Part shown: piece by piece, positions 9,923-19,881 of the stretch
How the letters are laid out: each line of letters starts with the position of its first letter
Numbering within the stretch: the stretch's first letter is position 1
Assembly (NCBI GenBank): GCA_900553945.1
Contig: USFR01000006.1
Coordinates: 52,948 to 116,947 of the forward strand
Length of the DNA stretch: 64,000 nucleotides
Direction of reading: 5' to 3'
From: an uncultured Clostridium sp.
Lineage (GTDB): Bacteria; Bacillota; Clostridia; TANB77; CAG-508
Made by a program: the position numbers and the translations under genes
Notes under the pieces: model-generated
What the model was told of the DNA's origin: nothing
Databases searched by the model: none
What the model saw: the letters and a program-made list of their open reading frames with translations, nothing else

Positions 9923-11200
9923 CTAATAAGCAATTTCATATTTAATAATATCTTCAATCGTTTTAGAACTCATTAAATCGTCAAATACATTACTTACATC
10001 TTTCTTGTTTTCATCAGTACTTGTTATATAAAAGTTTTCAGTAGTTTCTATATATTTGTGTCCCAAAATATCAGCAACATCTCTTATTTCTATACCATTT
10101 CTTAAATTAATTGTTGCATAACTTCCTCTTAAATCATAAAATCTACAATTTTTAATACCAAGTTCTTTATGAATTATCTTAAATGGATAATTTAAAATAT
10201 TTCTGCCAACATATTTACCATTAGGTCTTGTAAATACCATATCTGCTTTGTTTATTTGAAGGATATTACTTTCATTCTGCACAATTCGTTGTTCTACTAC
10301 TTTTCCATATTTATTGAGTACATCTTCAAAATGATAAGTGCAATATTCTTTACCATATAACTTTTTCATATACTGTTGTTTCTTTTTATAATTCGTTAGA
10401 GCATTATATACAGTTTCACACATATTAATTTGTCTTGTGCCTTGTTTAGTTTTAGTAGTGCCAATATACCATCTTCCTTTATCATCTTTTGGCTTATCAT
10501 ATACTGTATGCCTAACTTTTATAACTCTATTTTCGAAATCTATATCGTCCCAAGTTAAGCTACAAACCTCTCCTGTTCTCATTCCAGTAAAACAACTTGT
10601 AATAAATGCACAAGTAAAAGTATCATCATCTTTAAATCTATCTAAAATTAAATCAATTTCATTTTTATTATATAAATGTTTCTTAAAAGCCTTTTCATCT
10701 TCTATTTTTGGTAGTTTTAAAGTCAATGTTGGATTATATCTTATAAATCCATATACATCTGTTGCTATTCTAAAACAGTTTTTCAAAACTTTTAATATAT
10801 TTTTATAATATGATTTTTTATAGTTATATTTGTTGCATAAATCAACGATATATGAATTTAGCTTTACACTTGTTAATGAACTTAATCTATACTTGCCTAG
10901 TTCTGGTTTTAAATATTTATCCATTATTGTTTTATAAGTTCTTCTTGTATTATATTTCAAGTTTATTTCACAATAATTTTCATACCAGTAATCTAAATAA
11001 TCACTAAATGAAATTGCTTTTTCTTTAAAACTCAAACCAGTGTTTAAATATTCTGTATAAGCAATATTTCCTGCTTTAATTGCTTCATCTTTTGTTTCAA
11101 ACCCAGATTTATTTATAAATTTTCTTTTGCCATCTACTTTAGCTACTTCAAATTTATATTGATAATATTTGCCTCTTTTCTGAATTGTAACATTACCCAT
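9923..11200 (-). CDS. Tyrosine-type site-specific recombinase/integrase (int1)
   Basis: 425 aa. N-terminal SAM-like region. C-terminal catalytic region with R...HxxR...Y context (DLRGSYATINLRNG ... HKYIETTENFY). Paralog of the 12941-14212 integrase. Confidence 0.85.
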   Translation of the reverse strand: MGNVTIQKRGKYYQYKFEVAKVDGKRKFINKSGFETKDEAIKAGNIAYTEYLNTGLSFKEKAISFSDYLDYWYENYCEINLKYNTRRTYKTIMDKYLKPELGKYRLSSLTSVKLNSYIVDLCNKYNYKKSYYKNILKVLKNCFRIATDVYGFIRYNPTLTLKLPKIEDEKAFKKHLYNKNEIDLILDRFKDDDTFTCAFITSCFTGMRTGEVCSLTWDDIDFENRVIKVRHTVYDKPKDDKGRWYIGTTKTKQGTRQINMCETVYNALTNYKKKQQYMKKLYGKEYCTYHFEDVLNKYGKVVEQRIVQNESNILQINKADMVFTRPNGKYVGRNILNYPFKIIHKELGIKNCRFYDLRGSYATINLRNGIEIRDVADILGHKYIETTENFYITSTDENKKDVSNVFDDLMSSKTIEDIIKYEIAY

Positions 11201-11206
11201 AACTTA

Positions 11207-11452
11207 TTATCTCTCTATATCTTCACATATCGATATTTTTCTTATATTATCAATATCTGATAAATCATTTCCTTCATTTTCTTTTAAAAAATCTTCTAAA
11301 GTAGATTTAAGAATCTTTATACTTTTCAATTTTACTGCTTTAAGTTTTCCTTTTTTAACTAATTCATATATATAATTAGGGCTTGAATGTAATATCTTTG
11401 CAGCTTCTTGAGCTGAATATACTATTTGTTCTTCTCTTATTTTTTCTGACAT
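11207..11452 (-). CDS. Excisionase/helix-turn-helix DNA-binding protein (Xis-like)
   Basis: 81 aa containing AQEAAKILHSSPNYIYELVKKGKLKAVKL, an HTH_17/MerR-like excisionase motif. Located immediately upstream of int1. Confidence 0.65.
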   Translation of the reverse strand: MSEKIREEQIVYSAQEAAKILHSSPNYIYELVKKGKLKAVKLKSIKILKSTLEDFLKENEGNDLSDIDNIRKISICEDIER

Positions 11453-11646
11453 TATAGTTCCATCTCCTTTTCTTTATTGTGTTCTCGTTCCCTTTCTTTA
11501 GCTTCAATTTCATCTAAAATTTCTTTTGGAACTTTTTTTATATATTTTTCATACTTTTTAACTTGATTTTGCATATTTCTTAACTTTACATCAGTTTCAA
11601 AATCCTGATCTACAATTTTATTCTTTAATTGTCTATTTTCATTCAT
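11452..11646 (-). CDS. Small coiled-coil hypothetical protein (64 aa); may be the out-of-frame continuation of the truncated AAA_25 gene
   Basis: Charged K/E-rich ORF directly downstream of the truncated 11718-12314 gene. Confidence 0.3.
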   Translation of the reverse strand: MNENRQLKNKIVDQDFETDVKLRNMQNQVKKYEKYIKKVPKEILDEIEAKEREREHNKEKEMEL

Positions 11647-11717
11647 TAGATCTTTATTATTTGATTTCTGAAAATTTACTCTTTCTTCTAGTTCTTGAAT
11701 ATATTCATTATAAGAAT

Positions 11718-12314
11718 TTACTTTTGATGTGTTCCAGAAATTTTATTAAATACATCACTATCATCTTGTTTTCTTAAATGGTGCACTAATATAATCGCAA
11801 TTTTATTTTTATCAGCAAATGCTTTTAATAATGAAATTTCTCCATAGTCTGCTGAATAATTAATATCATTACTTTGCTTTCTTATTTTTTGTAAAGTGTC
11901 TATAACAACTAATCTTATATTTGAATATTGCTTTAATGCTTGTTCTAATTGCATTACCAATCCATTTGTAATTTTGTTTGACTCTATTGCTATATGAAAA
12001 TTAGAACCTATTTCATCAGTTAACCTAAATAATCTTTTTTGCAATCTTTGATGGGTATCCTCTAACGCTAAATACAAAACATCACATTGATTAGTTTTTA
12101 AATTCCATAATTCTTCGCCTTTTGAAACTTTAATACATAAATCAAGCATTAACCAACTTTTACCTACTTTAGGTGCTCCACAAAATATATGAAGTCCTAT
12201 AGGTAATATTTCTTCGATTATAAATTCTGTTTCGCCTAAAGATGTATATAGTAAATTGTCTGCATTAATAATTTTTAAATCTTCCAAGTTTTCCTCCTTT
12301 CTAGCAAGTAGCAT
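11718..12314 (-). pseudogene. AAA_25/RepA-like replication ATPase (primase-helicase family), apparently truncated at the C-terminus
   Basis: Walker A GAPKVGKS, Walker B-like VVIDTL and a VHHLRK sensor motif. The ORF stops after ISGTHQK, where family members normally continue for about 100+ more residues. Confidence 0.55.
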
Positions 12315-12940
12315 TACATCAAAAAAGGCTTCGCTTTTTTAACTCAAACGAAACCTTATATCAAATTTATACATTAAAATAAATCCCTATATAAGCCATT
12401 AAATGATACAGAAGTTCCGTTTTCTCTTACTGAAAAATTCTTGTGCTTACTTGCATAAAAATTTTTCTTGACTTTTCTATAAAAAACAGAAAAGCCATAA
12501 GAGATATTAGAATATCAATTTAATTTACAGCTAACAAAATTCCTTATACAAGGCATATTTTAATAAGTCCATTAAATATACAATTTTGGACATATCAAAA
12601 AATATTTTGTCTACTGCAAATTAAATATGATATTCTGTAGCACTTACGACTTCTTATTACATCTATCTATTTGTTGGACCAAATTACATTATAACTATAA
12701 AAACCAACATAGGCCTACGAAACTTAAAAGGGCCTCATATCATTTCTGGCTTCCGATTAGTAGGGAAAGTATTTTCTTGCGAAGTACTTTTTGGATTATT
12801 TCTAATCAACCACTATTTTATCATTAAGTTACATAGTGGCTCAACCTACAACAGGGAAATATCTATATTTAATTTTTCAGTTGTATTCCTAATGAATACA
12901 TTTATTTTATATCACCATTTTTATGGTTTGTCAATCGTTT

Positions 12941-14212
12941 TTACAGAAATTTACAAATCTTCTCAAATTTATTTGCTGTCTCACTTTCCATCTTTTCTGT
13001 TACTCTCACATATATATTATAAGTAGTATCAATATTTCTATGTCCTAGCCTTTTTGAAACTGCTTTTATATCCGCACCTGATTCAATAAGTCTTGTAGCA
13101 TGAGTATCTCTAAAGTCGTGAAATCTACAAGGAATACCTAATTCATAATGTATAACTTTGAATGGATATTTACAACTATCAGTCCCCTCATATACTCCAT
13201 TTTTCTTTACAAAAACAAAATCTACTTCTTCCAACGCAACATCAATTTCAGAATATGCATTTATTATTTTTGTTTCTGTTTTATTATTATATGGATTAAC
13301 AACACTCTTTTTATAATGTTTCATATATGTATCGCCATAATTAATTTTATTTTCTTCTTGCTCTTTTTTATAAGTTTTAAGAGCATTTAATAAAGTATCT
13401 CCTATTGGTATAGTTCTATAGCTTGTTTCTGTTTTACAAGTTCCAAAATACCATACTGTAGTTGAATTACCACTTATATGTCTTTTCTTTGTACCACCAT
13501 TTTGATTCTTTTTTAGTATGTTTTTATTTACACTAATTGTTTTATTTCTAAAATCTATATCATTCCAAGTAAGTGCAAATACTTCTGCAATTCTTAATCC
13601 TGTACAATATGCAGTTAAAAAAGCATAATATATACAATGATTATTTTTAAACCTATCTAAAATAAGATTTATTTCTTCATTTGTAAATATATGAGCTGGA
13701 TCATTTGGTGGAACATCATATTTTGGAAGTTTCAATCCTATTGATGGATTTGTCTTTATTAAGTCATTTTCATAAGCATAAGTAAATGAGCCTTTTACAA
13801 CTTTTTTAATATTATTTAGAAAATTCTTACTAAATGATTTTTTGATGTAAATACTATTTATAAACTCTTGTAAAGTTGACCTAGTAATTTGTGATATTTT
13901 ATAAAAACCAATATTAGGCTTTATATGATTTTTTACAATACTACTATATGCTTCAATTGTATGATATTTTAAGTTTATATAGCAATAATTTTGTATCCAA
14001 TAATCTAACAAGTCTGCATAGCTCATATCACTTGGCTCAAAACCGTGTCCTGTATTAATATAATTATTATATGCAATTATCCCCTCTCTTTCTGCTTCTG
14101 CTTTTGTTTTAAATCCTGATTTGTTTGCAAACTTTCTTTTACCATCAACCTTTGCAATTTCAAATTTGTATTGATAGTATTTTCCTCTCTTTTGAATTGT
14201 TACATTCGACAT
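12941..14212 (-). CDS. Tyrosine-type site-specific recombinase/integrase (int2), adjacent to the secA attachment site
   Basis: 423 aa. N-terminus is near-identical in pattern to int1 (MSNVTIQKRGKYYQYKFEIAKVDGKRKF). C-terminal HDFRDTHATRL ... GHRNIDTTYNIY catalytic region. Confidence 0.85.
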   Translation of the reverse strand: MSNVTIQKRGKYYQYKFEIAKVDGKRKFANKSGFKTKAEAEREGIIAYNNYINTGHGFEPSDMSYADLLDYWIQNYCYINLKYHTIEAYSSIVKNHIKPNIGFYKISQITRSTLQEFINSIYIKKSFSKNFLNNIKKVVKGSFTYAYENDLIKTNPSIGLKLPKYDVPPNDPAHIFTNEEINLILDRFKNNHCIYYAFLTAYCTGLRIAEVFALTWNDIDFRNKTISVNKNILKKNQNGGTKKRHISGNSTTVWYFGTCKTETSYRTIPIGDTLLNALKTYKKEQEENKINYGDTYMKHYKKSVVNPYNNKTETKIINAYSEIDVALEEVDFVFVKKNGVYEGTDSCKYPFKVIHYELGIPCRFHDFRDTHATRLIESGADIKAVSKRLGHRNIDTTYNIYVRVTEKMESETANKFEKICKFL

Positions 14213-14457
14213 TTTTCATTTCTCCTTTCCTTTTTCGAATGTAAACATTATAATTTAATTCAAAAATAAAAATGCTAACACGAATGCTAACATTTTTATT
14301 TATTATATTCACTTTGTTTGCAGGTTTAAACTTCTTTATTTTCAAGCATTCCAGAGATTTTGTCCACTTATATGAAAACATTTTGCAAACAAAATGTAAA
14401 CAATTTGGCATGTTTTCATATTTATGTTTACTTATCTAATCTCTGAAAGTATTGATA

Positions 14458-17214
14458 TTATGCGTTTTTTCCACAACAGTTCTTGTATTTCTTTCCACTT
14501 CCACATGGGCACAAGTCATTTCTACCTACCTTAGGTCCTTCATTAACTATTGGTGCTTTCACTTTTTTCTTTTCTTCTTGAGCAAGCTCAGGATTAATCA
14601 TTCCATCAATATCTTCTCTACCTTCACCAGTAATTTTAACTGTGCTTCTTCTTTCATATCCTTCACGTTTCTTTACGCACATTAAAATTTTAGCTACCTC
14701 TAATTTGATGCTATTGATCATTTCTTCAAACATATCTGAACCTTCAATTTGATATTGAATAACAGGATCTTTTTGTCCATAAGCACGAAGTCCAATACCA
14801 TTTTTTAATTCATCCATGCTATCGATATGATCCATCCATTTTGAATCAACAACTTTTAATAAAACAATTCTTTGAAGCTCTTTGAATGGTTCTTCTCCGA
14901 TTTCTTCTTTTTTGGCTTCATATATTGCTAATGCTTTTTCTTGCATTTCAGCTAGTACTTCATCAGCATCAACTTTATCTTTCTTTAATGAATCTAATTC
15001 TTTTATGTTTAATCCGTTTTGTACTTCAATTAAGAAAGCAGCTGTATCAGGATTTTTCTCTGAAAGCTCAGCTCTATAAGTATCAACTATTAAAGCACAA
15101 GCTTCTCTTATCATATTTTTAATTGATTCTGTAACATCTTCTCCATCAAGAACTTCTCTTCTTTGTGTATAAATAATCTCTCTTTGAGTATTCATAACAT
15201 CATCATAGCTTAATACATGTTTTCTTATTGAGAAGTTTCTACTCTCAACTTTCTTTTGAGCAGATTCAACAGCTTTTGAAATTGGCTTAAATTGAATTGG
15301 CATATTTTCATCAGCTTTTAATGCATTATATACAGCAGTAACTTTATCACCACCAAATATTTTCATTAAATCATCATCAAGTCCAATATAGAATATTGAT
15401 TCTCCTGGATCTCCTTGACGACCACTACGTCCACGTAACTGGTTATCAATTCTTCTTGATTCATGTCTTTCAGTACCAATGATTTTCAAACCACCAGCAG
15501 CAATAACTTTTTCTTTTTCTTCTTTTATTTGTTTTTTGAATTTCGTTTCTAATTCGTTAAATGTTTTTCTAGCTTCAATAACTTTTTCATCTTTTGTTTC
15601 ATTATGAGCAGAAGCTTGATTTATAAGATCGTTAGTATATCCAGCTCTCTTCATTTCTTGCTTAGCCATATATTCAGTGTTTCCACCAAGCATAATATCA
15701 GTACCACGACCAGCCATGTTAGTAGCAATTGTAACAGCACCATATTTACCAGCTTGAGCAATTATTTCAGCTTCTTTTTCATGGAACTTAGCATTCAACA
15801 CTTCATGAGGAATTCCAGCTTTTTTAAGTAATTTACTTAATCTTTCTGATTTATCAATTGAAACTGTACCAACCAATACCGGTTGTCCTTTTTCATGAGA
15901 TTTTTTAATATCCTCAACAACAGCATTAAATTTAACTTTTTCATTTTTATATATAATATCGTTTTTATCATCTCTTGCAACTGGTAAGTTTGTAGGAATA
16001 CAAACAACATCCAAATTATAAATCTCTCTGAATTCTTCTTCTTCTGTTTTAGCTGTACCAGTCATACCAGATAATTTGTTGTACATTCTAAAGTAATTTT
16101 GGAATGTGATATTTGCTAAAGTTTTTTGTTCATCAGCAATCTTTACACCTTCTTTAGCTTCAATTGCTTGATGTAAACCAGCATTATATCTTCTTCCATA
16201 CATAATTCTACCTGTGAACTCATCAACAATTAAAACTTCTCCATCTTTAACGATGTAATCTTTATCTCTCTTCATAACGCCATGTGCTTTTAAAGCTTGG
16301 TTAACATTATGAACTATATCTGTATTATCTAAATCATTGAAGTTTTCAACTTCAAAGAATTCTTCAGCCTTCTTAATACCTTTTTGTGTCAATGTAGCTG
16401 TTTTGGCTTTTAAGTCTACAATGTAATCATATTTTTCATTATCTTCTAATTGAGCTTCATCTTTAATATCTTCTTCAATAATAACTTTTGCTTGTAATCT
16501 TTTTACAAAATCATCAGCTCTTTTGTATAAATCAGATGATTTATTTGCTCTACCAGATATGATAAGTGGTGTTCTAGCCTCATCAATCAAGATACTATCG
16601 ATCTCATCAACAATTGCATATTCTAATCCTCTTTGAACCATATCTTCTTTGTGAATAACCATGTTATCTCTCAAATAATCGAATCCATATTCATTATTTG
16701 TTCCATATGTTATATCACATGCATATGCTTTTTGTTTATCTTGTTGATTCATTCTTGAAATATTTAATCCAACAGATAAACCTAAGAATTTATATAATTT
16801 ACCCATCCACTCACTATCTCTCTTAGCTAGGTAATCATTAACTGTAATTAAATGAACACCTTTTCCTGTAAGTGCATTTAAGTATATTGGTAATGAAGCA
16901 ACTAATGTTTTTCCTTCACCAGTTTTCATTTCAGCAATTCTACCTTGATGTAATATAATACCACCAACTAATTGCACATCATAATGTCTCAATTCTAAAA
17001 CTCTTTTTGATGCCTCTCTTACAACTGCAAATGCTTCTGGTAAGATATCATCAAGAGTTTTGCCTTCAGCTAATTGTTTCTTAAAATAATCTTTTTTAGC
17101 TCTTAGCTCTGCATCTGTTAACTTTTCCATTTCAGGTTCTAAACTATTAATTTTGTTTACTATAGGTTGAACTCTTTTTACTTCTTTTTCACTATAAGAT
17201 TTAAATAAACCCAT
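14458..17214 (-). CDS. secA: Preprotein translocase subunit SecA
   Basis: 918 aa with DEAD-like motor motifs and the C-terminal zinc-binding tail [17 protein letters not shown]. Confidence 0.97.
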   Translation of the reverse strand: MGLFKSYSEKEVKRVQPIVNKINSLEPEMEKLTDAELRAKKDYFKKQLAEGKTLDDILPEAFAVVREASKRVLELRHYDVQLVGGIILHQGRIAEMKTGEGKTLVASLPIYLNALTGKGVHLITVNDYLAKRDSEWMGKLYKFLGLSVGLNISRMNQQDKQKAYACDITYGTNNEYGFDYLRDNMVIHKEDMVQRGLEYAIVDEIDSILIDEARTPLIISGRANKSSDLYKRADDFVKRLQAKVIIEEDIKDEAQLEDNEKYDYIVDLKAKTATLTQKGIKKAEEFFEVENFNDLDNTDIVHNVNQALKAHGVMKRDKDYIVKDGEVLIVDEFTGRIMYGRRYNAGLHQAIEAKEGVKIADEQKTLANITFQNYFRMYNKLSGMTGTAKTEEEEFREIYNLDVVCIPTNLPVARDDKNDIIYKNEKVKFNAVVEDIKKSHEKGQPVLVGTVSIDKSERLSKLLKKAGIPHEVLNAKFHEKEAEIIAQAGKYGAVTIATNMAGRGTDIMLGGNTEYMAKQEMKRAGYTNDLINQASAHNETKDEKVIEARKTFNELETKFKKQIKEEKEKVIAAGGLKIIGTERHESRRIDNQLRGRSGRQGDPGESIFYIGLDDDLMKIFGGDKVTAVYNALKADENMPIQFKPISKAVESAQKKVESRNFSIRKHVLSYDDVMNTQREIIYTQRREVLDGEDVTESIKNMIREACALIVDTYRAELSEKNPDTAAFLIEVQNGLNIKELDSLKKDKVDADEVLAEMQEKALAIYEAKKEEIGEEPFKELQRIVLLKVVDSKWMDHIDSMDELKNGIGLRAYGQKDPVIQYQIEGSDMFEEMINSIKLEVAKILMCVKKREGYERRSTVKITGEGREDIDGMINPELAQEEKKKVKAPIVNEGPKVGRNDLCPCGSGKKYKNCCGKNA

Positions 17215-17336
17215 CTGATTTGCCTCCTAATTATTAACTATCGATAAATATATCATTAATTTTTTGAAATAGCAAGGAATAATCTATAAAATATTTCATA
17301 GTATTTAATAAATTTATTTTTAGGTAGGATTTTGCT

Positions 17337-17900
17337 ATGCGTATTTATAATTTTAAAATCAATAAAAACAAGTTATTTAAAGGGATTCTCCTTTTTTTCA
17401 TTATGATTTGTTTGGTACTTTTAATTCTTTCTGTTTATAAACTTTTTTTTGAAATGAAACATTATAATTCAGAAAATTTTGTAGTTAATGATACTTGTAT
17501 TTCTGATAACGATACTACAGAACTTAAATCCAATCAATATACAAATGTCTTAAAAGCAGTTCACGAAAATATTGATGATTACATTGGTAAAGAAATTACC
17601 TTTGTAGGCTATATCTACAGAATCAACTATCTACAAGCAAATCAATTTGTTCTAGCAAGAAATATGATTGTTAATCAAGCAAATCAAACGGTAGTTGTTG
17701 GATTTTTATCTGAATATGACAAAATAAATGACTTTACGAATTGCTCATGGGTTAAGGTTACAGGAAAAATAAAAAAAGGTTATCTAGATGGAGACATTCC
17801 AATACTAGAAGTAACTAAAATTGAAAATGTTGAAAAACCTACAGATGATTTTGTTTATCCACCAGACGAAACCTATATTCCAACAAGTGCTACCTTCTAA
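17337..17900 (+). CDS. Membrane-anchored hypothetical protein (DUF1980/TIGR03943-like permease-associated subunit)
   Basis: N-terminal TM helix followed by a soluble domain. Divergently adjacent to an AI-2E-type permease. Confidence 0.45.
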   Translation: MRIYNFKINKNKLFKGILLFFIMICLVLLILSVYKLFFEMKHYNSENFVVNDTCISDNDTTELKSNQYTNVLKAVHENIDDYIGKEITFVGYIYRINYLQANQFVLARNMIVNQANQTVVVGFLSEYDKINDFTNCSWVKVTGKIKKGYLDGDIPILEVTKIENVEKPTDDFVYPPDETYIPTSATF

Positions 17901-18966
17901 AAATAGCTTTAGAACTAGAAAAGAAATTCATAACTATAATTAACACAATTGGTCCAATTAAAAGTCCAATTATCCCACTAAATTTAAATCCAATGTACAT
18001 AGAAATTAACGTATACAACGGATGGATACCTAAATGAGTTGAAACAATTTTAGGCTCTAAAAATTGTCTTACAAGCGATATAAAAACTAATAACCCAATA
18101 ATACAAATTCCCAGTGTAACATCGCCCATAATAATCTCAATTATTCCCCAAGGCAACATTACTGTTCCAGAACCGAGTATTGGAAGTAAATCAACAAAAC
18201 CAATTCCAAGTGCAATCAAAAACGGCGATTTTACGTTCAACCCAACAAATTTAAAAATATATAATCCAATCAAAACTAATATAAAAGAAATAAAAATCAA
18301 AATTAATTCAGCTTTCAAATACTTTCCCATTACCAATGTTGTACTCTTAAAATGTTTGTTAGCCTTTCTAAGCCATCTTTTAGGAACCTTCTGTTCTAAA
18401 TCATCTAATATTGACAATCTATCTGTGCAAATAAAATAAGTAGCCAAAATAGTAATAACAAAATAAATAACAAAAACAGGAATCTGGGTTATCATATTCA
18501 AAATTCCAATTAAAAAATTCTTAAAATACTCAAGCATATGTGATATTAATCCATTAGTCGCATCATTTATGATATTCTTTACCTGAGGAGAAACATTTAA
18601 GCTTTCTATTTTTAAAAAGTTACTTATCTCCGCCACACCATTAAAAACATTATTTCCAAAGCTACTAAAGTCTTTTAATAAATTACTAGTTTCAGAAATT
18701 GTAGCAACACTAATTAAAATAATAACTCCTATTAAAATCGCAAATATCAAAATCAAAGAAATTACAGCCGATGCTTTTCTCACTAATTTAGTTTTTTTAC
18801 TTATAAATTTTATAATTGGATCTATTAAATTAGCAATTATCAAAGCAATTAGAAAAGGCATGAAAAAACACGCTAATTTTAGCACAACAAACACCATAAA
18901 AAATGTGAAAATACTATATAAAATCCTTTTTATAATTTTATTCCAATAACACATATCGATAATCAT
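17890..18966 (-). CDS. AI-2E family transporter (YtvI/PerM-like integral membrane protein)
   Basis: 358 aa with about 8 TM segments and an AI-2E (UPF0118)-like architecture. Confidence 0.6.
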   Translation of the reverse strand: MIIDMCYWNKIIKRILYSIFTFFMVFVVLKLACFFMPFLIALIIANLIDPIIKFISKKTKLVRKASAVISLILIFAILIGVIILISVATISETSNLLKDFSSFGNNVFNGVAEISNFLKIESLNVSPQVKNIINDATNGLISHMLEYFKNFLIGILNMITQIPVFVIYFVITILATYFICTDRLSILDDLEQKVPKRWLRKANKHFKSTTLVMGKYLKAELILIFISFILVLIGLYIFKFVGLNVKSPFLIALGIGFVDLLPILGSGTVMLPWGIIEIIMGDVTLGICIIGLLVFISLVRQFLEPKIVSTHLGIHPLYTLISMYIGFKFSGIIGLLIGPIVLIIVMNFFSSSKAIFRR

Positions 18967-19027
18967 TAAACATACCTCTTTTGGGTAGTATGTTTAATTT
19001 CGAATATAAATATACTTAACTATAGCA

Positions 19028-19150
19028 GAAATCAACTACTTTATTTTTAAATGACACGCAGTTTGAAAGTTTTTACCTAACCGACTAAACAAAGTTTAGT
19101 TGGTGGTAAAATCTTTTAGCAAGAAATTTAAAAATAAAGTAGTTGATTTC
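19028..19150. repeat. MITE-like palindromic element, copy A: 25-bp terminal inverted repeats flanking a ~73-bp structured core
   Basis: TIR gaaatcaactactttatttttaaat (19028-19052) against its reverse complement at 19126-19150. The core is homologous to 42685-42755 in inverted orientation. Confidence 0.7.
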
Positions 19151-19347
19151 TTTTTATTAATAAAAGGAAAATACATATAAAATTTTTTTACACCTTACTG
19201 TCGCATTCCTCAGAATTTTAAAATAAAATTTATCAATTTTATTTTAAATTCGGGTAGAATGCTTCAATCGAACTCACTTCGTTCGTTTGGTCCCTGCGCG
19301 GTGATTCAAAAATTTTATATGTATTTTCCTTCAGATTACAAATTAAT

Positions 19348-19386
19348 AAAAAAACTCATCACCAAAACTGACGATGAGTTTTTTAA
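19348..19386 (-). terminator. Rho-independent terminator of the 19393-19791 gene
   Basis: aaaaaactcatc-(loop)-gatgagtttttt, the same stem sequence as the terminator at 26968-27003. Confidence 0.6.
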
Positions 19387-19392
19387 AACGGA

Positions 19393-19791
19393 TCACTTTT
19401 TAAAAACTAAAAACACAATAGCAGCAACTACTACTCCAACGACAGCACCTGTGATAATCAGTTCCGCCGATTTCAGGATTACTCCCCAGAAAATCAGCAA
19501 CATCAACGATGCCATGAATAATATCACCACTATCAAAATAGCTGCAACCTTAGCATCGTTTTCCTCGATTGCCGTTATGGCTACATATGGACCTACCAAG
19601 AGCGAAAAAGCTAAATATCCATATGTCAAAAAGCCAACCAGCAGTGCAGCAATCAAGCCAACACGGGTTTCATAGCCTACCTGGTAGACTTGTATTTCGT
19701 AGAATATAAATCCTACAAATACTGCAATTGCTAAAACACCCTTCCAAACTTTCAAGTTCCGTTTTCTTTCCTGCATAAAACACACCTCCAT
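19393..19791 (-). CDS. Small 4-TM membrane protein encoded in a GC-elevated (about 40%) insert
   Basis: Four clear hydrophobic helices. Likely start at the internal MQERKRNL. Codon usage is G/C-richer than neighbouring genes. Confidence 0.55.
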   Translation of the reverse strand: MEVCFMQERKRNLKVWKGVLAIAVFVGFIFYEIQVYQVGYETRVGLIAALLVGFLTYGYLAFSLLVGPYVAITAIEENDAKVAAILIVVILFMASLMLLIFWGVILKSAELIITGAVVGVVVAAIVFLVFKK

Positions 19792-19881
19792 ATTGTTATT
19801 ATCTATAAGATGAACCGGTCATTAGACCAGATTGTGTTTCTTCTACAAGCAAGTACATCTATTATACCTCTTTTTTCTAAA

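Larger units (their letters stand above)
7047..14505. mobile_element. Integrative genomic island (~7.4 kb) inserted into the 3' end of secA: two tyrosine integrases, excisionase, truncated AAA_25 replication ATPase, NUDIX/MBL/NUDIX cargo
   Basis: Direct repeat of the secA 3' codons at both ends. An integrase gene abuts secA. Xis-like HTH protein. Arm-type AATG(T/C)AAACA motifs near both ends. Confidence 0.7.

Noticed and set aside
9923-14212. Interpretation as two independent tandem insertions
   Set aside because: No third copy of the secA-derived att repeat lies between the two integrases, so a simple tandem double integration is not supported.
19259-19675. 138-aa plus-strand ORF overlapping the membrane-protein gene
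   Set aside because: Low-complexity T/A/S-rich translation with no RBS. The minus-strand frame gives a clean 4-TM protein with a matching terminator, so the plus ORF is treated as antisense noise.
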